DNA of 64,000 bases from Candidatus Eiseniibacteriota bacterium (GTDB lineage: Bacteria > Eisenbacteria > RBG-16-71-46 > JABDJR01): positions 54,103 through 118,102 of the forward strand of contig CAWANH010000028.1 in assembly GCA_963783375.1 (NCBI GenBank), written 5' to 3'. The notes below the pieces were generated by a model, which had not been told where the DNA came from, made no database searches, and was given only the letters and a program-made list of their open reading frames with translations. A program made the translations under genes and the position numbers. This document shows, in pieces, positions 9,490-18,722 of this stretch. Positions within the stretch are counted from its first letter, which is position 1; each line of letters starts with the position of its first letter.

Positions 9490-11777
9490 AGGATCGGCCG
9501 AACCTGGTGGTGGGCGAGACCCACCTGAGCCGGGACCTCAAAGAGTTCGACATCACCATGATCGGGGTGGGGGCGATGATCGGGGCGGGGATCTTCGTCC
9601 TGACCGGCTCGGCGGCGGGAACCGCGGGACCCGCCCTCCTGCTCGCCTTCGCCCTGAACGCGGTGGTCACGATCTTCACCGCCATGGTCTACGCGGAGTT
9701 GGGATCGGCCATCCCCGAGGCCGGCGGCGGCTACCTCTGGATCAAGGACTCCATGGGCAACTCCCAGGGGTTTCTGGCCGGCTGGATGTCCTGGTTCTCC
9801 CACGCGGTGGCCGGGGCCCTCTACGCCCTGGGCTTCGGCTCCTACTTCGCGCTCCTCCTCAAGGACCTGCACCTGACTTCGGCGGGGATCCCCCATCTCC
9901 TGATCGAGAAGGGTCTGGCGATCCTGGTCGTGGTGCTGTTCGTGGGCATCAATTTCCGGGGCACCTCCGAGACCGGGAAGGCGGGAAACATCGTCACCCT
10001 GGCCAAGCTCGGGGTCATCGGCCTCTTCGTCGCCGCCGGTCTCTGGGCCATGGCGACCCACCGGCACCTCGCCCATCACTTCGAGCCGTTCTTCCCCAAG
10101 GGGACGGGCTCGATCTTCCTGGCCATGGGATTCACCTACATCGCCTTCGAGGGCTACGAGATCATCGTCCAGGCCGGGGAGGAGGTGGAGAACCCGCGCC
10201 GGAGCATTCCCCGCGCCGTTTTCTGGTCGCTCATCATCGTGGCTCCGATCTACGTCCTGGTCGGGCTCACCGCGCTGGGGGCGATCCAGAGCACCATGCC
10301 GAGCTGGCAGTTCCTGGGCAAGTACAAGGAGCTGGGGCTGGTCGAGGCGGCCCGGCAGTTCATGCCCTTCGGCACCTACGTGCTCCTCGTCGGCGGCCTC
10401 CTCTCCACCGTCTCCGCGCTGAACGCCACCACCTATTCCTCGACACGGGTGGCGTTCGCCATGGGGCGGGACAAGGTGCTCCCCGCCTTCTTCGCCAAGG
10501 TCCATTCCCGGAACAAGACCCCCTACCTCGCGCTTCTGGTGACCTCGGTGATCATGCTCCTCATGGTCCTCCTCGTCCCCATCGACGACGTGGCCACCGC
10601 CGCCGACGTGATGTTCCTCCTCCTGTTCATCCAGGTGAACTACGCGGTGATCCGCATTCGCCGCGAGTTCGGGGACCGGCTGGAGTACGGCTACCTGGTG
10701 CCGTTCTACCCCTGGGTGCCGATCCTGGGCATGGGCTTCCAGGCGTTTCTCGCGGTGTATCTCTTCCGCTTCAGCCCCAAGGCGTGGTTTCTGGCCGCGG
10801 GCTGGATCGTGGCCGGGCTGGGGGTCTTCTTCGCCTACGTCCGGGGCCGCGTCGAGGAGGAGGACCGCCCCCGCATCGCCCGGAAGCGGGTGCATCGCGC
10901 CCCCGGGCTCTCCAAGCGGGAGCGGATCCTGGTGGCCATCGACGATCCCGAGCGTTCCCGGATCCAGATCAGGTTGGCCGCCGCCCTGGCCCGGGCCGAG
11001 GACGCGGAGGTGATGGCGGTGAACGTGGTGCAGGTTCCGCGGCAGACCCCGCTCCGGTCGGGGAAGCGGCTTCCCGTGGAGTCCGAGACGATGCTCGACG
11101 CCCTGGAGGACGTGGCCGAGAGCGAGAGCATCACGGTTCGCGCCTACGTGGCGGTGGGGCGTTCGGTCTCCGGGGTGCTCCGAGAGGCGGTGGAGGCCAC
11201 CGGGGCCCGGGCCCTCATCCTGGGGTGGCACGGGCAGGTCTACGAGCGGCGGATCAAGGGGAGCATCGCCGACGCCGTGCTTCGCGACTCGCCGGGAGAC
11301 GTCCTGATCGTGAAGGATCGCGGCCTCCCCGACCGGGTCGGACGGGTCACCCTGGCCATCGCCCCGGGGGCGCAGGAGAAGATCGCGCTGGCCACCGCCG
11401 CGTCCCTGGCCCGGGGACTTCGGAGCACGCTTCGTATCGTCTCCTTCCGCGGGGAGAACCCGCCGGAGAACCTGGAGGACTGGTTCGCGGGGATGCAGGG
11501 GCAGGCCCGGGAAGCGGGGATCGCCGCCGGGAATCTCGACGCCGAGATCCGGGGGTCCGAGAGCTTCATCGACGACCTGGTGGACGAGGCCGACGCCTCG
11601 GACGTGTTCGTGATGGGGGCGGCCCAGGACTGGGTGAGCCCCCGGCACCTCCTGGGGAAGATCCCCGACACCGTGGCCAACCGGTCGGAGAAGACGGTGG
11701 TGGTGGTGAAGCAGGAGGAGGCGCGGGTGATCTCGCTCACCCGGCGGGTCCTGCACCTCGTCCGCCGAAGGTACTGA
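9486..11777 (+). CDS. APC-superfamily amino acid permease fused to two C-terminal universal stress protein (Usp) domains
   Basis: Track ORF. The N-terminus ITMIGVGAMIGAGIFVLTGSAAG...YAELGSAIPEAGGGYLW is a permease signature, followed by about 12 TM helices. The C-terminus has ILVAIDDPERS... and VTLAIAPGAQ...DVFVMGAAQ (Usp-like repeats). Confidence 0.9.
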   Translation: MKDRPNLVVGETHLSRDLKEFDITMIGVGAMIGAGIFVLTGSAAGTAGPALLLAFALNAVVTIFTAMVYAELGSAIPEAGGGYLWIKDSMGNSQGFLAGWMSWFSHAVAGALYALGFGSYFALLLKDLHLTSAGIPHLLIEKGLAILVVVLFVGINFRGTSETGKAGNIVTLAKLGVIGLFVAAGLWAMATHRHLAHHFEPFFPKGTGSIFLAMGFTYIAFEGYEIIVQAGEEVENPRRSIPRAVFWSLIIVAPIYVLVGLTALGAIQSTMPSWQFLGKYKELGLVEAARQFMPFGTYVLLVGGLLSTVSALNATTYSSTRVAFAMGRDKVLPAFFAKVHSRNKTPYLALLVTSVIMLLMVLLVPIDDVATAADVMFLLLFIQVNYAVIRIRREFGDRLEYGYLVPFYPWVPILGMGFQAFLAVYLFRFSPKAWFLAAGWIVAGLGVFFAYVRGRVEEEDRPRIARKRVHRAPGLSKRERILVAIDDPERSRIQIRLAAALARAEDAEVMAVNVVQVPRQTPLRSGKRLPVESETMLDALEDVAESESITVRAYVAVGRSVSGVLREAVEATGARALILGWHGQVYERRIKGSIADAVLRDSPGDVLIVKDRGLPDRVGRVTLAIAPGAQEKIALATAASLARGLRSTLRIVSFRGENPPENLEDWFAGMQGQAREAGIAAGNLDAEIRGSESFIDDLVDEADASDVFVMGAAQDWVSPRHLLGKIPDTVANRSEKTVVVVKQEEARVISLTRRVLHLVRRRY

Positions 11778-11786
11778 CCGGTCCGC

Positions 11787-12332
11787 CTACCGGAGAAGCC
11801 CTTCTTTCCGGAAGTAGTCGGCGATCCGCGGATCGTCGAGGGGATCCACGGTCCCCGGGCCCGCCGGCGATCCAGGCGGATAGGCGGGAATGAAGAACAA
11901 CCGGTTGTGCTCGCGATCCAATGGGAAGAGCACGTCCAGCACCACGACGCCGGTGATCCCCAGGGACGAGGCCATCGACCAGAAGCGTCCGCGATAGATC
12001 TCCTCGCCCCCGATCCGGAACGAGAACTCCTTCTGGTACAGACCGCCCAGCTTGGGGATCGGGGGATCGAAGGACCGGTCGAAGTGGATGGTCGAGTTCC
12101 AGCGCCGGATGCCCTCGTCGTTCAGGACGAGCGAGTGGCGGTCGGCGTCGTAGCCCGCCAGGTCCCGATCGGAGAGGACGATGTCGCCGGTGTCCATCCG
12201 GACCAGGGCGAATCCCTCGCCGGGCCCGGGGGCCGGCCCCGAATCGCATCCGAGGGGCGCGGCGGCGAGGAGCGCGGTCGCGAACGCGGCGGCCAGACCG
12301 GGGAAGCCGCGGAGCCGGTTCCTGCCGTTCAT
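11787..12332 (-). CDS. Lipoprotein, unknown function
   Basis: Track ORF with a signal peptide and lipobox (LLAAAPLGC). Convergent with the permease, leaving a 9-nt gap. Confidence 0.65.
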   Translation of the reverse strand: MNGRNRLRGFPGLAAAFATALLAAAPLGCDSGPAPGPGEGFALVRMDTGDIVLSDRDLAGYDADRHSLVLNDEGIRRWNSTIHFDRSFDPPIPKLGGLYQKEFSFRIGGEEIYRGRFWSMASSLGITGVVVLDVLFPLDREHNRLFFIPAYPPGSPAGPGTVDPLDDPRIADYFRKEGLLR

Positions 12333-12348
12333 GGTTAATCTCCCAAGG

Positions 12349-13149
12349 CTACAGCGCCCAGCGCACCAGTATCCCCGAGAGCGCGGCCACCAGCATGCTG
12401 GCCAGGGTGCCGATCAGGTAGTACTCGGCGAAGCGGCGGCGCTCGAGATCCTTGAACCGGGCGATGGACTTGGCCGCGATCACCAGGCCCAGGGCCCCCC
12501 ACTGCCCGATGAGAACCAGGGTCAGGGCCAGGAGGCGCTCCAGGATCCCGATCATCCGGCCCATGGCCAGGGGGCGAAACCCGCGCGGACCCGCCGGCTC
12601 CCGGTCCAGCTCCCGCGGCACCCCTTCGAGGTGATAGCGGCGGAGGAGCCCGCCCACCAGCGCCGCCCCGCCGTTGCCGTTGAACGCGTAGGCGGCGGCG
12701 AGGGCGGCCAGGGTGGTGACGGTGGGGACCGACGCCGGGGGCAGGAAGAAGAAGGTGCGGGTGGCCGGCGCCGAGGCCTCGATGGCCGCGCACCACGCCC
12801 ACCAGGCCCCGAAGAGGACGGCGGTGTGCAGGGCCTGGTCCACCAGAAAATGGGCCAGGGCCCGGGGCCGACGGCGCTCCAGGATGATCTTCAGGTGGTC
12901 GATCAGGCCGTGGCAGACGCCGATTCCCAGCACCATGAGGACACCGAAATAGGAGAGCACCGGGAGAAGCACCGCGCCCTGAACCAGGGTCAGCATGAGC
13001 ACGTGCACCCACACCCAGGCCTGGTGCTCCCGTTTCCGCCGGACCATGGCCCCGGTCTGGAACAGGAAATCACCGAGCACGTGTCCGGTGAGGAGCAGGG
13101 CGAGCAGGAGCCCGCGGGCCCCCATGGCGTGGAGCAATCCGTCGTTCAT
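12349..13149 (-). CDS. DUF3307 family membrane protein
   Basis: Starts at ATG 13149 (MNDGLLHAMGARGLLLALLLTGHVLGDFLFQT...), overlapping the upstream stop (ATGA). It is multi-pass hydrophobic, and GDFLFQT plus HGLIDH fit DUF3307. Confidence 0.8.
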   Translation of the reverse strand: MNDGLLHAMGARGLLLALLLTGHVLGDFLFQTGAMVRRKREHQAWVWVHVLMLTLVQGAVLLPVLSYFGVLMVLGIGVCHGLIDHLKIILERRRPRALAHFLVDQALHTAVLFGAWWAWCAAIEASAPATRTFFFLPPASVPTVTTLAALAAAYAFNGNGGAALVGGLLRRYHLEGVPRELDREPAGPRGFRPLAMGRMIGILERLLALTLVLIGQWGALGLVIAAKSIARFKDLERRRFAEYYLIGTLASMLVAALSGILVRWAL

Positions 13150-13839
13150 GATTCCTCGTTGCGGGCGGGGGCGGGACGCGACCCGATCCCGGCCAGAAAT
13201 GCGGCCAGAGCCTGCTCGCCCTCGCGCACCGCGTCGAAGGCGGCCGCCTTGAGGCTCTCGCTCACCACCGAGGGGCTCACCCCGAAGGCCGCGGCCACCT
13301 CCTTCTGGAGCCGGGTCCGCGCGGCGGCGGCGTAGCCGGCCTGCTTTTCGGTCCACCGGGAGCGGAGAACCCCCAGAAGCCGGAAGAGGGCGGAGAGCAT
13401 CCGGTCCTCGGTTTCGCCGAACCCCCGGGCGACCGCCCAGACATCCCCGCGGGCGGCTTCGGCGAGGGCGGCGCGGGCGCGGTGGAAGGAAACCCCATCC
13501 ATCTCCGCCACCCGCTCCGAGGCCTCGGTGCTCAGTCCCCCCCAGCCCACACCGAACCGGATCCGGGCGGGGCGAAGCCCCTCATCGAGCAACGCCGTGG
13601 CCTCCACCACCGACTTCGGGCCGCCGGAAGAGCCCCTGGAGCTCGTCCCCCGCGGTCAGGGCCAGGGGGGCGACCAGGATCCCGGGACCCAAGGTCCGGT
13701 TGAGCTCGCCCAGAAGTCCCTTCAGCCGGCGCTGGAATCCGGCCCGATCCTCCAGCGCCCTCGAGGCCACGATGTCCCCGATCAGGGCCACGCCCCGGAA
13801 ACCGGACCTGGATTCACCTATTTCGCCGAACTTGATCAT
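13146..13839 (-). pseudogene. SatD-family protein split by a +1 frameshift near 13606-13680
   Basis: ORF 13582..13839 reads MIKFGE...VALIGDIVASRAL...LTAGDELQGLFRRPEV. ORF 13146..13610 reads VVEATALLDEGLRPARIRFGVGWGGLSTE...DGVSFHRARAAL.... Together they reconstitute one SatD-like protein of about 230 aa, but in two frames. Confidence 0.6.
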
Positions 13840-13939
13840 GATTCGGTAAATTACCCTGTTTCAAGTGGCGTGGCAAGGCCCTTTCTCGGGGGGGTCTATT
13901 TGCCAGTCACGGGCCGGCTCGGCACAATGGAAGTTCGCG

Positions 13940-15118
13940 ATGGACCGGTTCGAGACCTTCATCGGTAGGACAGACATGAACGCATTGTGGGAAAGCTGGC
14001 GGCCCCTTCTCACCGCTCTCGCCATTCTGATCACCGCGGGGATCGTGGGGCTGGTGGCCGACGTCGTCTTCTGGAAAATCGTGGCGCCGCTGGCCCGCCG
14101 CACCCGGTTCTCCTTCGACGACGCGCTGGTCCACCACGGCCGGAAGCCCACCCGGGTCATCATCCCGCTCCTGGCCATGCACGCGGTGCGCGCCGTCGCC
14201 GTCGAGCGGCTGGGACCGGGCGCCGCCTCGTTCGTGACCGGACTCCTCACCGTGGGGTTCATCGTGGCCATGGCCTGGCTCCTGATGGCCCTGGTCTCGG
14301 TGATCGAGGACGTGCTCCTGAGCGAGCACCAGCTGGACGTGGCCGACAACCTCACCGCGCGGAAGCTCTACACCCAGGTCGGGGTGTTGAAGCGGATCCT
14401 GAACGTGATCATCGTGATCCTGGCCGCGGCCACCATCCTCATGAGCTTCGACCGGTTCCGCCAGATCGGGACCGGGATCCTGGCCTCGGCGGGCCTGGCC
14501 GGGATCGTCATCGGCTTCGCGGCCCAGAAAACCCTGGGGAACCTGGTGGCCGGCTTCCAGATCGCCATCAGCCAACCGATCCGGATCGACGACGTGCTGA
14601 TCGTGGAGGGGGAGTGGGGACGGGTGGAGGAGATCACCCTCACCTACGTGGTGCTTCGGATCTGGGATCTCCGCCGGCTGATCATTCCGGTGAGCTACTT
14701 CCTCGACAAGCCGTTTCAGAACTGGACGCGGGTCTCCGCCGATCTTCTGGGCACGGTGTACCTGTACATGGACTACTCGATCCCGGTGGACGAGATCCGG
14801 AGCGCTCTCCACGAGGTGTTGGAAGGGTCCGACGACTGGGACCGGAAGGCCGAGGGCGTCCAGGTGACCGACGCCACCGACCGGGTGATGGCGGTGCGGG
14901 CGCTCATGAGCGCCGCCGACGCCTCGAAGCTCTGGAACCTGCGTTGCCTGGTGCGGGAGAAGCTCATCGAGTACATCCAGAGCCGCCATCCCGAAAGCCT
15001 CCCCCGCTTCCGGGCCGAACTGGACCGGCTTCCCGCTTCCGACGTCCCCGGGGACGGGCGGATCGGATCCGGGCCGGGCACGCCGGAGCCCGACCCGTCC
15101 CGCGCCGGATCCCGGTAA
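13940..15118 (+). CDS. Mechanosensitive ion channel (MscS family)
   Basis: Starts at ATG 13940. TM helices are followed by GLAGIVIGFAAQKTLGNLVAGFQIAISQPIRIDDVLIVEGEWGRVEEITLTYVVL, the MscS signature. Confidence 0.9.
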   Translation: MDRFETFIGRTDMNALWESWRPLLTALAILITAGIVGLVADVVFWKIVAPLARRTRFSFDDALVHHGRKPTRVIIPLLAMHAVRAVAVERLGPGAASFVTGLLTVGFIVAMAWLLMALVSVIEDVLLSEHQLDVADNLTARKLYTQVGVLKRILNVIIVILAAATILMSFDRFRQIGTGILASAGLAGIVIGFAAQKTLGNLVAGFQIAISQPIRIDDVLIVEGEWGRVEEITLTYVVLRIWDLRRLIIPVSYFLDKPFQNWTRVSADLLGTVYLYMDYSIPVDEIRSALHEVLEGSDDWDRKAEGVQVTDATDRVMAVRALMSAADASKLWNLRCLVREKLIEYIQSRHPESLPRFRAELDRLPASDVPGDGRIGSGPGTPEPDPSRAGSR

Positions 15119-15224
15119 CGCGGGACCCGCCGGCGGGCTCCATCCTTCACGGCCAACCCCTTCGGAGTTAGAGTCACCCGTCGTGTTGTGAGCGGATTCC
15201 TGGCCATGGGAGGAGGAAGGTGCT

Positions 15225-18200
15225 TTGACGATCGACCCCGCGAACGGGCAGCGGGACGATGAAGCGCAGGGATCCGGTCTCGCCGTGACCGGAGATCCTC
15301 CCTCGCGCGGGCACCGGCGCGGCCGTCGCAGGTGGCGGCGATTGGGGTGCCTGACGCTGCTCCTCGTGGTCCTGGTCGCCGCGATCGCGCTCGAGTCCCG
15401 CACCTCCGCCGTCCAATCCCGGGTCTTCACCCGCATCGACCGGAGCCTCGGATTCCGCATGGAACCCGGAGCGAGCGATTCGGTCTGGTTCCCGAGCGAG
15501 GGCCCCTACGACCAGCGACGGGGCTACACCCTGCTCCCCGAGGTCACCCGCACCCTCCTGAACGGGAGCTACCGGGTGGAGGCCCAGGCCCGCCTCTCCC
15601 CCGCCATGACCCGCCTCACCCACCTGGGCATCTACCCGATCTACCGCGAAGGAACCCAGGCCGGCCTCTTCCTCGAGGACCGGGACGGCGGGACGCTCTA
15701 TCGGGCGACCTATCCCCAGAGGGTCTACGCCGATTTCGATTCGATCCCCGCCCTGGTGGTGAGCACCCTCCTCTACATCGAGAACCGGGAGCTGTTGGAT
15801 CCGAAGCACGCGACCAGGAACCCCGCGGTGGAATGGGACCGGCTGGCCAAGGCGGTGGTCGATCTGGGAATCGGGGAGGTGCGGAAGGACCAGGGCCACC
15901 CGGGGGGAAGCACCCTGGCCACCCAGCTCGAGAAGTACCGCCACTCGCCGGAGGGACGGACCGGTTCCCCCAAGGAGAAGCTCCGGCAGATGATCGCGGC
16001 GAGCCTCCGGGCCTACCTCGGGGGGCGGAACACCATCCCCGCGCGAGAGAGGATCGTGAAGGACTACGTGAACTCGGTGCCCCTGGCCGCGGCGGTGGGG
16101 TTCGGCGAGGTGAACGGCCTGGGGGACGGGCTCTGGGCGTGGTACGACACCGAGTTCGCCGACGTGAACCGGATCCTCGGGTCCGGGGCGGATTCGGATC
16201 CGGCGAAGGCGGAGGCCTACAAGAAGGTGCTGAGCCTCTTCATCGCGCACCGCCGGCCGAGCGTGTACCTGGCCCGGAACCGGAAGTCGCTCCGGACCGA
16301 CACCGACAGCTACCTGCGTCTCCTGGCCCGGGCGGGAGTGATCTCCCCTGCGCTTCGGGACGCCGCCCTCCCCCTGCCGTTGGTCTTCCGCCGGACCCCC
16401 GCCGAATCCGTACGGCCGAGCTACATCGATCAGAAGGCGGCCAACGCGGTCCGGACCCGGCTCCTGAACCTCCTCGGACTGCACCAGCTCTACGTGCTGG
16501 ACCGGATCGACCTGAGCGCGGGCACCACCCTGGACGGACCGGTGGAGCGCCGGATCACCCATACCCTGGAACGGCTCGAGGATCCGGCCTTCACCGATTC
16601 CCTGGGACTCCGGGGCTACCGGCTCCTGGAGCGGGGGGACCCCTCGGGGGTGATCTACAGCTTCACCTTGTACGAGAGCACCCCGCGGGGAAACCTGCTC
16701 CGCGTCCAGGCCGACAACTACAACCAACCCCTCGACATCAACGAGGGGGGGCGCCTCGATCTGGGTTCGACCGCCAAGCTCCGCACCCTGGTCACCTATC
16801 TGCAGATCGTGGCCGGGCTTCACGATCGCTACGCCGGCCAAGCCCGCCCGGACCTGGCGAAAGCGCGCGCCGAGGCCTCGGACCCGATCAGCCGGTGGGC
16901 GCTCGATTGGCTGAGCGCCGCTCCCGACACCACACTGGCCCCGATGCTCCGGGCCGCGCTCGGACGGAGCTACTCCGCCAACCCGTCGGAGAAGTTCTTC
17001 ACCGGCGGCGGCCTTCACACCTTCAAGAACTTCAACGCCGACGACAACGGACGGGTGCTCACGGTGCAGGAGGGGCTCAGGAACTCGGTGAACCTGGTGT
17101 TCATCCGGCTGATGCGGGACGTGGCGCGCTACTACGCCACCAAGGTGCCGGGGTACGACTCGAAGCTCCTGGTGGAGATCGACCATCCGGGACGGAAGGA
17201 GCTTCTGGCCCGCTTCGCCGACCGGGAGGGAAAGGATTTCCTGCGCCAGTTCTGGCGGAAGTACCACGGGAAGGGACCGGGCGAGGCGACGGGGATCCTG
17301 GCCCGGGGGGTTCGCCCCACCCCGAGGAAACTCGCCGCGCTCTACCGGACGGTGCATCCCACCGCGCCGGCGGATTCCCTGGGGGCATTTCTCCGGAAGT
17401 GGATCCCATCGCGGCTGATCGGGGACCGCGACGTGGCGCGCCTGTACGAGGACTACGCGCCGGGGAAGTACAACCTCCAGGATCTGGGGGTGATCGTGGG
17501 GGTGCACCCTCTGGAGCTCTGGCTGGTGGGCCATCTCCAGGACCATCCGGCGCCGACCTGGGCAGAGACCTCCGACGCGGCGGCCGGAGCCCGCCAGGAA
17601 TCCTATCGGTGGCTCTTCTCCACCCGGAGCCTGGAGAAGCAGAACACGCGCATCCGTATCCTCCTGGAGATCGACGCCTTCCAGCTCATCCAGCGGGAGT
17701 GGCGGAAGCTGGGCTATCCCTTCGAGAACCTGACCCCGTCCTACGCCACCGCCATCGGCAGCTCGGGGGACCGGCCGGCCGCCCTGGCCGAGCTGGTGGG
17801 GATCCTGGTGAACGGCGGGGTACGGATGCCCCAGCAGCGCCTGGAGCACCTGCACTTCGCGGCGGGCACGCCGTTCGAGACGGTGTTCGACTACGGCGCG
17901 TCGACCGGAGAGCGGGTCATGGACCCCGAGGTCGCCGCCGCGGTCCGGGGCGCCCTCCGGGACGTGGTCCAGAACGGCACCGCCCGCCGCGCCAACGGCG
18001 TGTTCCGGACCGCGGACGGGCAGTTGCTTCCGATCGGCGGGAAGACGGGGACCGGCGACCACCGGTTCGAGACGTTCGGCCGGGGCGGACAGCTCCTGGA
18101 GTCGCGGGTGGTGAACCGCACCGCCACCTTCGTGTTCTTCATCGGCGACCGGTTCTACGGATCCATCTCGGCGTTCGTCCCCGGCCCCGAGGCCGCGCGA

Positions 18201-18644
18201 TACGCGTTCACCAGCGCCCTCCCGGTTCAGCTCCTGGCGGACCTGGCGCCGGACCTGATGCCGGCGCTCAGCCGGCCGGCCCCCGCCGGGCCGTGGCCGC
18301 CGGGGGGAGGAACGGCTTCCGGCAAGGCGAGTGCGGTTCATGGCGGTGCGTGGGTCGGGGGAAACTCATCCGGGGGCGCGTCTGCCGGAGCGCCCCCCGT
18401 TCACCCGGGTGCACTCGGTGAGCCTGAAGTTCACCCGGGTGCACCGGGTGAGCCTGAAGTTCACCCGGGTGAACCGGTCGCGGCCCCGATTTCCCCGGGG
18501 AAATCCTCCCCGCCGGCCGGCCCGGAGCCCCTGGACACGGCGCCGGACAGCGGCACGACTCAGGTATTGCAGGATTCGGAGGCCGTATTCGAGGCGGCGC
18601 CGGATACCGCTGCAGCGGACACGTCGGGGGCGCCGAGACGATGA
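15225..18644 (+). CDS. Large class A penicillin-binding-protein-like protein (GT51 transglycosylase + transpeptidase motifs) with a repetitive Pro-rich C-terminus
   Basis: TTG start at 15225, 7 nt after GGAGGAGGAAGG. GT51 motifs are LLYIENRELLD and GGSTLATQLEKY. Transpeptidase-type motifs are STAK (LGSTAKLR), SVN and KTGTG. There is one N-terminal TM helix. Confidence 0.85.
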   Translation: MTIDPANGQRDDEAQGSGLAVTGDPPSRGHRRGRRRWRRLGCLTLLLVVLVAAIALESRTSAVQSRVFTRIDRSLGFRMEPGASDSVWFPSEGPYDQRRGYTLLPEVTRTLLNGSYRVEAQARLSPAMTRLTHLGIYPIYREGTQAGLFLEDRDGGTLYRATYPQRVYADFDSIPALVVSTLLYIENRELLDPKHATRNPAVEWDRLAKAVVDLGIGEVRKDQGHPGGSTLATQLEKYRHSPEGRTGSPKEKLRQMIAASLRAYLGGRNTIPARERIVKDYVNSVPLAAAVGFGEVNGLGDGLWAWYDTEFADVNRILGSGADSDPAKAEAYKKVLSLFIAHRRPSVYLARNRKSLRTDTDSYLRLLARAGVISPALRDAALPLPLVFRRTPAESVRPSYIDQKAANAVRTRLLNLLGLHQLYVLDRIDLSAGTTLDGPVERRITHTLERLEDPAFTDSLGLRGYRLLERGDPSGVIYSFTLYESTPRGNLLRVQADNYNQPLDINEGGRLDLGSTAKLRTLVTYLQIVAGLHDRYAGQARPDLAKARAEASDPISRWALDWLSAAPDTTLAPMLRAALGRSYSANPSEKFFTGGGLHTFKNFNADDNGRVLTVQEGLRNSVNLVFIRLMRDVARYYATKVPGYDSKLLVEIDHPGRKELLARFADREGKDFLRQFWRKYHGKGPGEATGILARGVRPTPRKLAALYRTVHPTAPADSLGAFLRKWIPSRLIGDRDVARLYEDYAPGKYNLQDLGVIVGVHPLELWLVGHLQDHPAPTWAETSDAAAGARQESYRWLFSTRSLEKQNTRIRILLEIDAFQLIQREWRKLGYPFENLTPSYATAIGSSGDRPAALAELVGILVNGGVRMPQQRLEHLHFAAGTPFETVFDYGASTGERVMDPEVAAAVRGALRDVVQNGTARRANGVFRTADGQLLPIGGKTGTGDHRFETFGRGGQLLESRVVNRTATFVFFIGDRFYGSISAFVPGPEAARYAFTSALPVQLLADLAPDLMPALSRPAPAGPWPPGGGTASGKASAVHGGAWVGGNSSGGASAGAPPVHPGALGEPEVHPGAPGEPEVHPGEPVAAPISPGKSSPPAGPEPLDTAPDSGTTQVLQDSEAVFEAAPDTAAADTSGAPRR
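18399..18474 (+). repeat. 30-nt tandem repeat, about 2.5 copies, inside the PBP-like gene
   Basis: GTTCACCCGGGTGCAC(T/-)CGGTGAGCCTGAA occurs at 18399-18428 and 18429-18458, with a partial third copy. It encodes VHPGALGEPE / VHPGAPGEPE / VHPGEP. Confidence 0.85.
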
Positions 18645-18722
18645 CGTCGCCGTCTTTCTCCCTCGGGGCATCAGGGAAGGTTTCCTCACCGGTGGCGAGG
18701 GTGGGCCCGGCGCCCCCGCCGC

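Noticed and set aside
18460-18474. The 15-nt palindromic string TTCACCCGGGTGAAC is shared between the PBP repeat (18460-18474) and the intergenic region (52059-52073). It could be a dispersed repeat or REP-like element.
   Set aside because: There are only two copies. The sequence is short and GC-rich and built around a CCCGGG core, so a chance recurrence in 64 kb of high-GC sequence is plausible.
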